A stretch of 64,000 bases of DNA. Source: Octopus sinensis. Its lineage: Eukaryota. Under the pieces are notes generated by a model that saw only the letters and a list, made by a program, of their open reading frames with translations, did not search any database and was not told where the DNA came from. The stretch spans positions 16,926,001 through 16,990,000 of the forward strand of contig NC_043017.1 of the NCBI RefSeq assembly GCF_006345805.1, read 5' to 3'. A program made the translations under genes and the position numbers. Positions 26,533 through 37,033 of this stretch are shown in pieces. Each line of letters begins with the position of its first letter. The first letter of the stretch is position 1.

Positions 26533-27108
26533 GCTGGGCGAAATGCTTTGTGGTATTTCGTCCACCGCTGTGTTCTGAGTTCAAATTCTGCTGAGGTCGA
26601 CTTTGCCTTTCATCCTTTTGGGGTCGATAAATTAAGTACCAGTTACACACCGGGGTCGATGGAATCGACTCAATCCGTTTGTCTGTCCTTGTTTGTCCCC
26701 TCTGTGTTTAGCCCCTTGTGGGCAGTAAAGAAATAGGTATTTCGTGTGCCGCTACGTTCTGAGTTCAAATTCCGCCGAGGTCGACTTTGCCTTTCATCCT
26801 TTCAGGGTCGATTAAATAAGTACCAGTTATGCACTGGGGTCAATGTAATCGACTTAATCCGTTTGTCTGTCCTTGTTTGTTTTCTCTGTGTTTAGCCCCT
26901 TGTGGGTAGTAAAGAAATAGGTATTTCGTCTGCCGCTATGTTCTGAGTTCAAATTCCGCCGAGGTCGGCCTTGCCTTTCATCCTTTCGGGGTCGATTAAA
27001 TAAGTACCAGTTATGCACTGGAGTTGATGTAATTGACTTGATCCGTTTGTCTATCCTTGTTCATCCCATCTGTGTTTAGCCCCTTGTGGGTAGTAAAGAA
27101 ATAGGTAT
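26533..27108 (+). mobile_element. Trimeric, 5'-truncated family E SINE
   Basis: TTCTGAGTTCAAATT at 26573, 26757, 26941 (period 184); TSD GTGTGATGACAC at both ends. Confidence 0.88.
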
Positions 27109-27394
27109 GTGTGATGACACTGTTGAAGATTATGTGTGGGTGTGTGGATGATGTGTATGGTGCACCTGCTGAGAAATGGGTTGGGAGGGTGTTGTGGACG
27201 TGTATGTAAAGGTGTGTGAAGTGAGTAATGAGCTGAACAGTGTGTATGGGTGTGTGTATATTGGTGCATGTGGGTGAGGGTACCGAGGTGGGTGGTATGC
27301 AGGTACATAGGTGGAGGGGGCAGTTGAATGTGGGAGGTGAGTGGGAATCCATGTGGGGTTGGTGTCAAATGAAGAGAGGAGATTAGGTTGCTGT

Positions 27395-27800
27395 CAGATG
27401 AAGAGAGCTGAGTTCATGTGGCACAAAGGAACGAAGAGAAGATTGATTCCTGTTGGTGGTGAAGGCAGGAATCTGGGTGGCCCCTGTGCAGAGACAGTCT
27501 GAACACTGACAGGTGCTGTAGTAAATGGCTGGTAGAGCAGAAATGGCACGAGAGGTGTCATTGCTGAGTCTGATGTCTTAGACAGGCTCCACAAACTGGT
27601 TAACCAAGTGGCGTCCTGTTTGACCAATGTACAGAGAGGGCAGGAGATGCAGTAAATAACATTACTAGAGGTGCAGGTAAAGGAGTTAGTAATGTGATAG
27701 GGATTGTGATGAGTGCCTGTGAGGTGCAATGGAATGGGTGAGAGCAGGGGAAGGAGCAAAGCTGAGAGGCAGGGGTAGGGAAGAAACTGTAGATCAGGAG
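27395..27800 (-). mobile_element. Penelope-like element GIY-YIG endonuclease remnant
   Basis: FTCTSSNVIYCISCPLC followed after a frameshift by IGQTGRHL. Confidence 0.85.
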
Positions 27801-27937
27801 GTCATGCAGGAAATACATCCACTGGTTTTCAAAAATAGAAATATTAAGATTTCTAAATCTCTCTAAAGGAGACTGAATTTAGGTAAATAAACCTTCGAAC
27901 AGATGGTCAGAAGCAACACCTGCTGGATTCAGCTACT

Positions 27938-27978
27938 CCACATTGATGAGGGGTAACTACCCCGAAACTAGTCTGTGG
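27938..27978 (+). ncRNA. Minimal type I hammerhead ribozyme-like motif (C3U variant)
   Basis: CCACA-TTGATGA-GGGGT(AACT)ACCCC-GAAA-CTAG-TC-TGTGG: stem I, core, stem II, GAAA, palindromic stem III, UC site. Confidence 0.75.
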
Positions 27979-28039
27979 GTGTCAAACAAGCAAGAGGAAG
28001 CTGCTGACCTCCTCTGTTCGAAGGTTATAATGGACACAG

Positions 28040-28150
28040 GTTCATGTGTCACAGAGGTGGATTCACATATTAGTGTAGCTCATTCAGCGGTGGTGCCTGA
28101 GCATGGCCGCAGCCTTCGGGCTAAAACATTTTTAAGGATTTAAGGATTTA
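28040..28150 (+). mobile_element. CR1 family C 3' tail
   Basis: Same sequence as the 3' end of the CR1 at 32969-33070 (minus); (AAGGATTT)2 tail. Confidence 0.8.
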
Positions 28151-28163
28151 TATAAATATTAAG

Positions 28164-28202
<39 letters not shown>

Positions 28203-28214
28203 TATAGATAGTAC

Positions 28215-29306
28215 ATTGGCAACGAGTACAGTGAAGAATTCCGGGTAGAGGTTGGGGTCCACCAAGGTTCAGTCCTCAGTCCCCTCCTATTTATCATAGT
28301 CCTCCAGGCAATAACGGAGGAATTCAAGACAGGTTGCCCCTGGGAGCTCCTCTATGCTGATGACCTTGCTCTAATTGCTGAGTCACTATCAGAACTGGAG
28401 GAGAAGTTTCAGGTGTGGAAACAAGGATTAGAATCGAAGGGCCTTAGAATCAACCTAGCCAAAACCAAAGTCCTAATAAGTAGGAAGGTAGATCAATCAC
28501 ATACGCCTTCAGGTAGATGGCCCTGCTCGATCTGTAAAAAAGGTGTAGGTAGAAACTCTATAAGATGCACCAAGTGTAAGCTATGGACACATAAGAGGTG
28601 CAGCAATGTCAAAGGAAGGCTAACTAGGAAAATAGTTTTTGTCTGTGGCAAATGCTCAGGAGCAATAAACACTGGAAATATGCAGAGACCAACTTCTGCC
28701 ACGTTCCAGGGAGACAAACTAGAAGTAGTTGATAGCTTCCGCTACCTAGGAGACCAAGTCAGTAGCGGGGGTGGGTGTGCTGAAAGTGTAACTGCTAGAG
28801 TAAGAATAGCCTGGGCAAAGTTTAGAGAGCTCTTACCCCTGCTGGTGACAAAAGGCCTCTCGCTCAGAGTAAAAGGCAGACTGTATGATGCATGTGTACG
28901 TACAGCCATGCTACATGGTAGTGAAACATGGGCCGTGACTGCTGAGGATATGCGTAAGCTCGCAAGAAATGAAGCCAGTATGCTCCGATGGATGTGTAAT
29001 GTCAGTGTTCATAATCGTCAGAGTGTAAGTTCCTTGAGAGAAAAGTTGAACCTAAGAAGCGTCAGTTGTGGTGTGCAAGAGAGACGTTTGCGCTGGTATG
29101 GTCATGTGATGAGAATGGCTGAAGATAGTTGTGTGCAAAAGTGCTACACCCTAGCAGTTGAGGGAACCTGTGGAAGAGGTAGACCCAGGAAAACCTGGGA
29201 CGAGGTGGTGAAGCACGACCTTCGAACTTTAGGTCTCACTAAGAAAATGTCTAGAGACCGAGACCTATGGAAGTATGCTGTGCGTGAGAAGACCCGGCAA
29301 GACTAG
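28215..29306 (+). pseudogene. RTE reverse transcriptase C-terminal half with embedded PHD finger (5'-truncated, frame intact)
   Basis: GVHQGSVLSPLLF, LLYADDL (28353), [31 protein letters not shown]; C4HC3 at 28524-28655. Confidence 0.93.
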
Positions 29307-32240
29307 TCAGGCCATAACCCGTGGCCCCTACCTGGGACATAGTCAGTCCTCCTGTGCATACCTTCCTTCTTGTGACACTTATGAAGACCTGTTGAGGCAA
29401 GTGAAAATCAAATCAAAACAAATCAAAATAGATGAACATCAGTGGAATTGTATTCTTTGTGGTACCAGTGCCGGTGGCACACAAGAAAACCACCCAAACG
29501 TGGCCGTAGCCAGTACCGCATCGACTGGCCTCCGTGCTGTGGGCACAACAAACACCATCCGATCGTGGCCGTTCGCCAGCCTCATCTGGCACCTGTGTCG
29601 GTGGCACATAAAGACACCATCCGAAGACCCGGCGACGTAGTCAGTCCACCTGTGCATACCTTCCCTCTTATGACACTTGTGAAGACCTGTTGAGGCAAGT
29701 GTGTGACACTTGTGAAGACCTGTTGAGGCAGAGGCAAGTGTGTGACACTTGTGGAGACCTGTTGAGGCAAGTGTGTGACACTTGTGAAGACCTGTTGAGG
29801 CAAGTGAAAATCAAACCAAATCAAAATAGATGAACATCAATGGAATTTGTATCTTTGTGGTTCCAGTACCGGTGGCACACAAGAAAACCATCCGAACGTG
29901 GCCGTAGCCAGTACCGCATCGACTGGCCTCCGTGCTGTGGGCACAACAAACACCATCCGATCGTGGCCGTTCGCCAGCCTCATCTGGCACCTGTGTCGGT
30001 GGCACATAAAGACACCATCCGAAGACCCGGCGACGTAGTCAGTCCACCTGTGCATACCTTCCCTCTTATGACACTTGTGAAGACCTGTTGAGGCAAGTGT
30101 GTGACACTTGTGAAGACCTGTTGAGGCAGAGGCAAGTGTGTGACACTTGTGGAGACCTGTTGAGGCAAGTGTGTGACACTTGTGAAGACCTGTTGAGGCA
30201 AGTGAAAATCAAACCAAATCAAAATAGATGAACATCAATGGAATTTGTATCTTTGTGGTTCCAGTACCGGTGGCACACAAGAAAACCATCCGAACGTGGC
30301 CGTAGCCAGTACCGCATCGACTGGCCTCCGTGCTGTGGGCACAACAAACACCATCCGATCGTGGCCGTTCGCCAGCCTCATCTGGCACCTGTGTCGGTGG
30401 CACATAAAGACACCATCCGAAGACCCGGCGACGTAGTCAGTCCACCTGTGCATACCTTCCCTCTTATGACACTTGTGAAGACCTGTTGAGGCAAGTGTGT
30501 GACACTTGTGAAGACCTGTTGAGGCAAGTGAAAATCAAACCAAATCAAAATAGATGAACATCAATGGAATTTGTATCTTTGTGGTTCCAGTACCGGTGGC
30601 ACACAAGAAAACCATCCGAACGTGGCCGTAGCCAGTACCGCATCGACTGGCCTCCGTGCTGTGGGCACAACAAACACCATCTGATCGTGGCCGTTCGCCA
30701 GCCTCATCTGGCACCTGTGTCGGTGGCACATAAAAACACCATCCGAAGACCCGGCGACGTAGTCAGTCCACCTGTGCATACCTTCCTACTTATGACACTT
30801 GTGAAGACCTGTTGAGGCAAGTGTGTGACACCTACTTATGACACTTGTGAAGACCTGTTGAGGCAAGTGTGTGACACTTGTGTAGACCTGTTGAGGCAAG
30901 TGAAAATCAAATCAAATCAAATCAAACCAAATCAAAATAGATGAACATCAATGGAATTTGTATCTTTGTGGTACCAGTACCGTTGGCACACAAGAAAACC
31001 ATCCGAACGTGGCCGTAGCCAGTACCGCACACATAAAAACACCATCCGAAGACCCGGCGACGTAGGCAGTCCACCTGTGCATACCTTCCTACTTATGACA
31101 CTTGTGAAGACCTGTTGAGGCAAGTGTGTGACACCTACTTATGACACTTGTGAAGACCTGTTGAGGCAAGTGTGTGACACTTGTGTAGACCTGTTGAGGC
31201 AAGTGAAAATCAAATCAAATCAAATCAAACCAAATCAAAATAGATGAACATCAATGGAATTTGTATCTTTGTGGTACCAGTACCGTTGGCACACAAGAAA
31301 ACCATCCGAACGTGGCCGTAGCCAGTACCGCATCGACTGGCCTCTGTGACGTGGGCACATAACAAACACCATCCGATCGTGGCCGTTCGCCAGCCTCATC
31401 TGGCACCTGTGTCGGTGGCACATAAAAACACCAACCGAAGACCCGGCAAGACTAGTCAGGCCATAACCCATGGCCCCTACTTGGGACGTAGTCAGTCCAC
31501 CTGTGCATACCTTCCTTCCTTCCTGTGACACTTGTGAAGACCTGTTGAGGCAAGTGAAAATCAAAATCAAATCAAATCAAATCAAAATAGATGAACATCA
31601 ATGGAATTTGTATCTTTGTGGTACCAGTGCCGGTGGCACACAAGAAAACCATCCGAACGTGGCCGTAGCCAGTACCGCATCGACTGGCCTCCGTGCTGTG
31701 GGCACGTAACAAACACCATCCGATCGTGGCTGTTCGCCAGCCTCATCTGGCACCTGTGTCGGTGGCACATAAAAACACCATCCGAAGACCCGGCAAGACT
31801 AGTCAGGCCATAACCCGTGGCCCCTACCTGGGACGTAGTCAGTCCACCTGTGCATACCTTCCTTCTTGTGACACTTGTGAAGACCTGTTGAGGCAAGTGA
31901 AAATCAAATCAAAACAAATCAAAATAGATGAACATCAATGGAATTTGTATCTTTGTGGTACCAGTGCCGGTGGCACACAAGAAAATCATCCGAACGTGGC
32001 CGTAGCCAGTACCGCATAGACTGGCCTCCGTGCTTTGGGGACGTAACAAACACCATCCGATCGTGGCCGTCCGCCAGCCTCATCTGGCACCTGTGTCGGT
32101 GGTACATAAAAACACCATCCGAGCGTGGCCGTCTGCCAGCCTCGTCTGGCACCTGTGTCGGTGGCACATAAAAACACCATCCGAGCGTGGCCGTTCGCCA
32201 GCCTCGTCTGGCACCTGTGTCGGTGGCACATAAAATCACC
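29288..32240 (+). repeat. Tandem array of 8 RTE-3'UTR-derived units with nested ~33-40-bp subrepeats
   Basis: Anchor GATGAACATCA at 29431, 29829, 30227, 30553, 30940, 31243, 31590, 31927 (periods 398, 398, 326, 387, 303, 347, 337). Confidence 0.95.
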
Positions 32241-32451
32241 CACTACACTCTCGGAGTGGTTGGCGTTAGAAAGGGCATCCAGCTGTAGAAACACTGCCAG
32301 ATCTGACTGGCCTGGTGCAGCCTTCGGGCTCCCCAGACCCCAGTTGAACCGTCCAACCCATGCTAGCATGGAAAACGGACGCTAAATGATGATGATGATG
32401 ATGATGATATATATATATATATAGATATATTAAGATATATATATATATATA

Positions 32452-32868
32452 TCACGTGATCACGTGACAGACCAGGCTATCAGATGTTGTTACACATCAC
32501 TGGTCACAATGCAATGGTCTCTAGGAGCTAATCAATGGCAGCATTCATCCTATTTTCCTGGACTGCCATATTAGCTTGGCAATAACTATTAATATCCAGT
32601 ACCGCTGCTGTAGTCTCCTTTAGAGAGACTTAGAAATCTTAATATTTATATGTATATATATATATATATTAATATATATATATATATTCCGGCAGGGTGT
32701 GGTGGCTATCCCTGCTGTACTCTTTTGCCACAACTTTCTCTCACTGTTTCTTCTGTTCGCCTGCCCGCTTAGCCAGCGGGGTGGCGTCATTTGAAGGCTA
32801 AAACAATGCATAGCGCATTGTGACCAGCGATGTGTAACAACATCTGATAGCCTGGTCGGTCACGTGAT

Positions 32869-32878
<10 letters not shown>
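32452..32878. mobile_element. Two family D SINE 3' fragments (32452-32515 -, 32689-32878 +) around an unclassified element end (32515-32650); third fragment at 34330-34398 +
   Basis: ACATCTGATAGCCTGGTCGGTCACGTGATCACGTG tails; middle piece matches 61855-61990. Confidence 0.75.
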
Positions 32879-32907
<29 letters not shown>

Positions 32908-32911
32908 CTTA

Positions 32912-32950
<39 letters not shown>

Positions 32951-32968
32951 CTTAATATTTATATATAT

Positions 32969-33685
32969 CCTTAAATCCTTAAAAATGTTTCAGCCCGAAG
33001 GCTGCGGCCATGCTGGGGCACCACTGCTGAATGAGCTACACGAATATGTGAATCTACCTCTGATATGTGGCACTTGGTCAACAAGGGAGTTCGATGCCGC
33101 TGCTTGCATCTGTGTTTCCTGTCATGAGGTAGGTTCATCTGGGACCCCCGACAAGAAGAGATCCATTTTAGTTTTAAAGAAACCCACATCCACACCATGC
33201 AAGTCTCTCAGGCATTTAGGGAGGATGTTAAAGTGCTGTGGTCCTCTGAAACCCAAGCTGTTGCAGTATCTGGTCCTGTATTTTGATGGTGATGCTGGAA
33301 TCTTTGGCACAATGCAGTGACGCCCCGTTCTGCGGATGGGGTAACTTTGAATGCCAAAGTTTGGGACAAGACCCTCCAGGATTTTCCAGATGTATATCAC
33401 CGCATATCTCTCCCGCCTTCGCTGTAGGGAGAAGAGGTTTAATACTTTCAGTCTTTCCCAGTAGCTGATATTTTGCATTGAGACAATCTTCTTTGTGTAG
33501 CTTCTTTGAATTGCTTCGAGTTCTGCTGTTAGTTTTATATTGTGTGGTGACCATAGTTGGTGACCAGCAGTAGTCCAAGCATCTGAGGACGAAAGTTTTC
33601 CACAGGACCATCAGTGTCTCCTCTCTTGTTCTGAAAGTTCGGAGAATCCATCCAGCCAGCCGTCTGCATTTTATCACCAGATTAG
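32969..33685 (-). mobile_element. CR1-group LINE 3' fragment (family C)
   Basis: SYWERLKVLNLFSLQRRRERYAVIYIWKIL...GPQHFNILP...FKTKMDLFLSGVPDEP. Confidence 0.9.
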
Positions 33686-33724
33686 TAATATATATATATA
33701 TATTTATATACATATACATATATG

Positions 33725-33762
<38 letters not shown>

Positions 33763-33913
33763 TGTTGAAATGGAAAGATGAATTTTCTTGTTACAGATTA
33801 TTCAAAAGTTTAACCGATACCTGGGTAGCAAAAATCACAGCAGAAAAAAACACGGTTGGAGATAAGACCATTTGGTGTTGCAACCGTGCGTTGGTGCGGA
33901 TAATTGAAGTTTA

Positions 33914-34218
33914 ATATAATTAGTGAATGGAAGAAATGGAGTTGAACGAAGATTGTACAGAATTCCTTTTATTACATTCTACACATGTTTCAAAGGCCAC
34001 AATTTTCCAAATTCTGATTAAATAAGGATACCATATTGCAGCTTTCTCTTCAGGAAAAAGCAGGAATTACGTAATTCCTGGTTTTTCCTGAAGAGAAAGC
34101 TGCAATATGGTATCCTTATTTAATCAGAATTTGGAAAATTGTGGCCTTTGAAACATGTGTAGAATGTAATAAAAGGAATTCTGTACAATCTTCGTTCAAC
34201 TCCATTTCTTCCATTCAC

Positions 34219-34227
<9 letters not shown>
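33914..34227. repeat. 314-bp spacerless palindrome (157-bp arms)
   Basis: Centre TTAC|GTAA at 34070/34071; arms complementary with one mismatch seen (34060/34081). Confidence 0.95.
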
Positions 34228-34298
<71 letters not shown>

Positions 34299-34708
34299 TA
34301 TACATACATATATACATATATATACATATGCATAGCGCATTGTGACCAGCGATGTGTAACAACATCTGATAGCCTGGTTGGTCACATGATCACGTGATAT
34401 ATATATATATATATATCTTAATATATTTATATATATATATATATATAATATAATTCGAGACAAAACCACTATTTTAAAACCACTATTATTATATATATAT
34501 ATAAATCTTAATATTTATATGAATCCTTAAATCCTTAAAAATGAGCTACACTACATATATATATATACATATATATATATACATATATACATATATATAT
34601 ACATATATATACATATATATATATATATACATATATATATACATATATATATATATACATATATATATATACATATATATACATATATATACATATATAT
34701 ATATATAC

Positions 34709-34739
<31 letters not shown>

Positions 34740-34943
34740 TACATATATATATATACATATACATATATATGATGGCTGCCCCCTCGTTATCGAGTATGGC
34801 CATTGCACGACACACACACACACATGTATGTACGTATGTATGTATGTATCATCATCATCATCATCATCATTTAAACAATTACTTTTCCATGGTTGCATGA
34901 GCTAGATTGAGTTTAATGAGGAATATTTTCTATGGCTGGATTC

Positions 34944-34987
<44 letters not shown>

Positions 34988-35321
34988 ATAAATACACACA
35001 CACACACGTATATATAAGCATGCTTGTATGGCTGTGTTGTTAAGATTCTTGCTTCGTAGTCGCTTGGTCCAAAGATCTTGTGGTGAATCTGTGTCATGGA
35101 TAAATTTATATTTAGCAGCGATAACATCTGTGCTATATTTGCCATAACATTAATTGTGGATGGAGGATTGTGTCTGACGATTCTCATCTCCTTATGTTTA
35201 AATATTTCCATGAAAGATATCTTATGTTCTGTAATTTTTGACTGTTGATGATAATGCAGAGTTATAAGGCCAGCCTGTTGAATATTCCCTTTCACAAGAT
35301 ATATTTGGTATTCTCCAACAA

Positions 35322-35510
35322 TAGGCGTAGGAGTGGCTGTGTGGTAAATAGCTATAGGCATAGGAGTAAGTAGCTTGCTTACCAACCACATGGTTCTGGG
35401 TTCAGTCCCACTGCGTGGCACCTTGGGCAAGTGTCTTCTACTATAGCCTCAGGCCGACCAAAGCCTTGTGAGTGGAATTGGTAGATGGAAACTGAAAGAA
35501 GCCCATCATA

Positions 35511-35563
<53 letters not shown>

Positions 35564-35785
35564 ATATGTTTGTGTGTCTGTGTTTGTCCCCCCAACATCT
35601 CTTGACAACCTATGTTGGTGTGTTTACATTCCCATAACTTAGCGGTTCGGCTAAAGAGACAAATAGAATAAGTACTAGGCTTACAAAGAATAAGTCCTGG
35701 GGGTTGATTTGCTCGACTAAAGGTGGTGCTCCAGCATGGCCGCAGTCAAATGACTGAAACTAGTAAAAGAATAAAAGAAATAAAA
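35322..35785 (+). mobile_element. Family A SINE
   Basis: Full-length, with small head duplication. Confidence 0.88.
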
Positions 35786-35989
35786 AAATAAAATATTATC
35801 TACCAGGTTTTGTATGAATTTTAAAAAGTGGAAGAATCTTGGTTGCCATATTGTTTTTCCCTTTTGATTTTTGGTAAGAGTTGTTTTTACCTGTCTATAA
35901 GTTTACTGTGATAAGTAGAAAATCCGTTATTTCCGTGGTTACAGAAATAAACTGGTTACAGATTCTTATGTTGAATTCTTTGGATACGC

Positions 35990-36345
35990 AAAATCGAAAT
36001 CGATCAACATCAATGGAAATTGTAGCTGTGATACCAGTGCCGGTGGCACGTAAGAGAACCATCCGAATGTGGACGTTGCCAGCGCCACCCCGACTGGCCT
36101 CCGTGCCAGTGGCACGTAAAAAGCACCATCCGATTGTGGCCATTCCCAGCCTCATCTGGCACCTGTGCAGGTGGCACGTAAAAAGTACCCACTACACTCA
36201 CGGAGTGGTTGGCGTTAGGAAGGGCATCCAGCTGTAGAAACACTGCCAGATCAGACTGGGCCTGGCACAGACCCCAGTTGAACCGTCCAACCCATGCTAG
36301 CATGGAAAATGGACGTTAAACGATGATAATGATGATGATGATGCT
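35990..36345 (+). mobile_element. RTE 3' UTR fragment (family B)
   Basis: Colinear with 20700-21006. Confidence 0.85.
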
Positions 36346-36649
36346 AATTGTTTTTTTTCATTAAACTTGTCCTTGTTGTGGTCATCTATATTTTGGCCCT
36401 TCCTTCATTGTCACTTTCCCTCCTCTTTTACCTCACTCTGTCCCTTTCCTTTCTTTTTTCTCTTTCTCATCCCACCCTAATCCTTCAATCTCTCTGCCCC
36501 TACCTCTCTCTTCTCTTTCCACATGACCGGTGTTCTGCCAAGCCTGACCTTTCTTTCTTTGTTCGACTAGCATCTCTTATATTCCTTCCCATGACTTTCG
36601 TCTCCTATGTTCCTGCCGTAAGGCTTCGCTTCCACACACACCAGCTCAA

Positions 36650-37000
36650 TTTAATTTGTCCTTAGCTGAAAGACGCCTGTTGTTAATGTACTGTTATTTG
36701 TATTTGTAATTGTGTACCATTTCTCCATTTTTTTTCGTTCTTGTTTTCATATACATTCGCTTGCTTCCAAGGAGTCTAGTGCTCTTAGCTTAGATTTTCT
36801 TGGGGCCATCCAGATTGGAGTAGTCTTGAGTGTAACTGGGCGAAACTGCAATGATGATCTAGAACTCGACTGAGGATAAGAAGCTCCGAATGACCCGTCC
36901 TTGTTTTTTCCTGTCCTTTTTGTATCACCTAACTGTCTGGATGTTTTGTTGTCACCTGTTATGTTCTTGTTCCAATTTTTATTTTCCTTTATATATACAT

Positions 37001-37033
<33 letters not shown>

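Larger units (their letters stand above)
28212..32408 (+). mobile_element. Young 5'-truncated RTE LINE (family B) with tandemly amplified 3' UTR
   Basis: Uninterrupted RT frame ~28215-29306, 3' UTR array, terminal (GAT)n; both flanks read (TA)nGATATA (probable TSD). Confidence 0.93.

Noticed and set aside
29640-31210. Short direct repeats with intervening sequence resembling a CRISPR array
   Set aside because: Eukaryotic context, no cas genes, intervening segments are identical to each other and derive from the RTE 3' UTR
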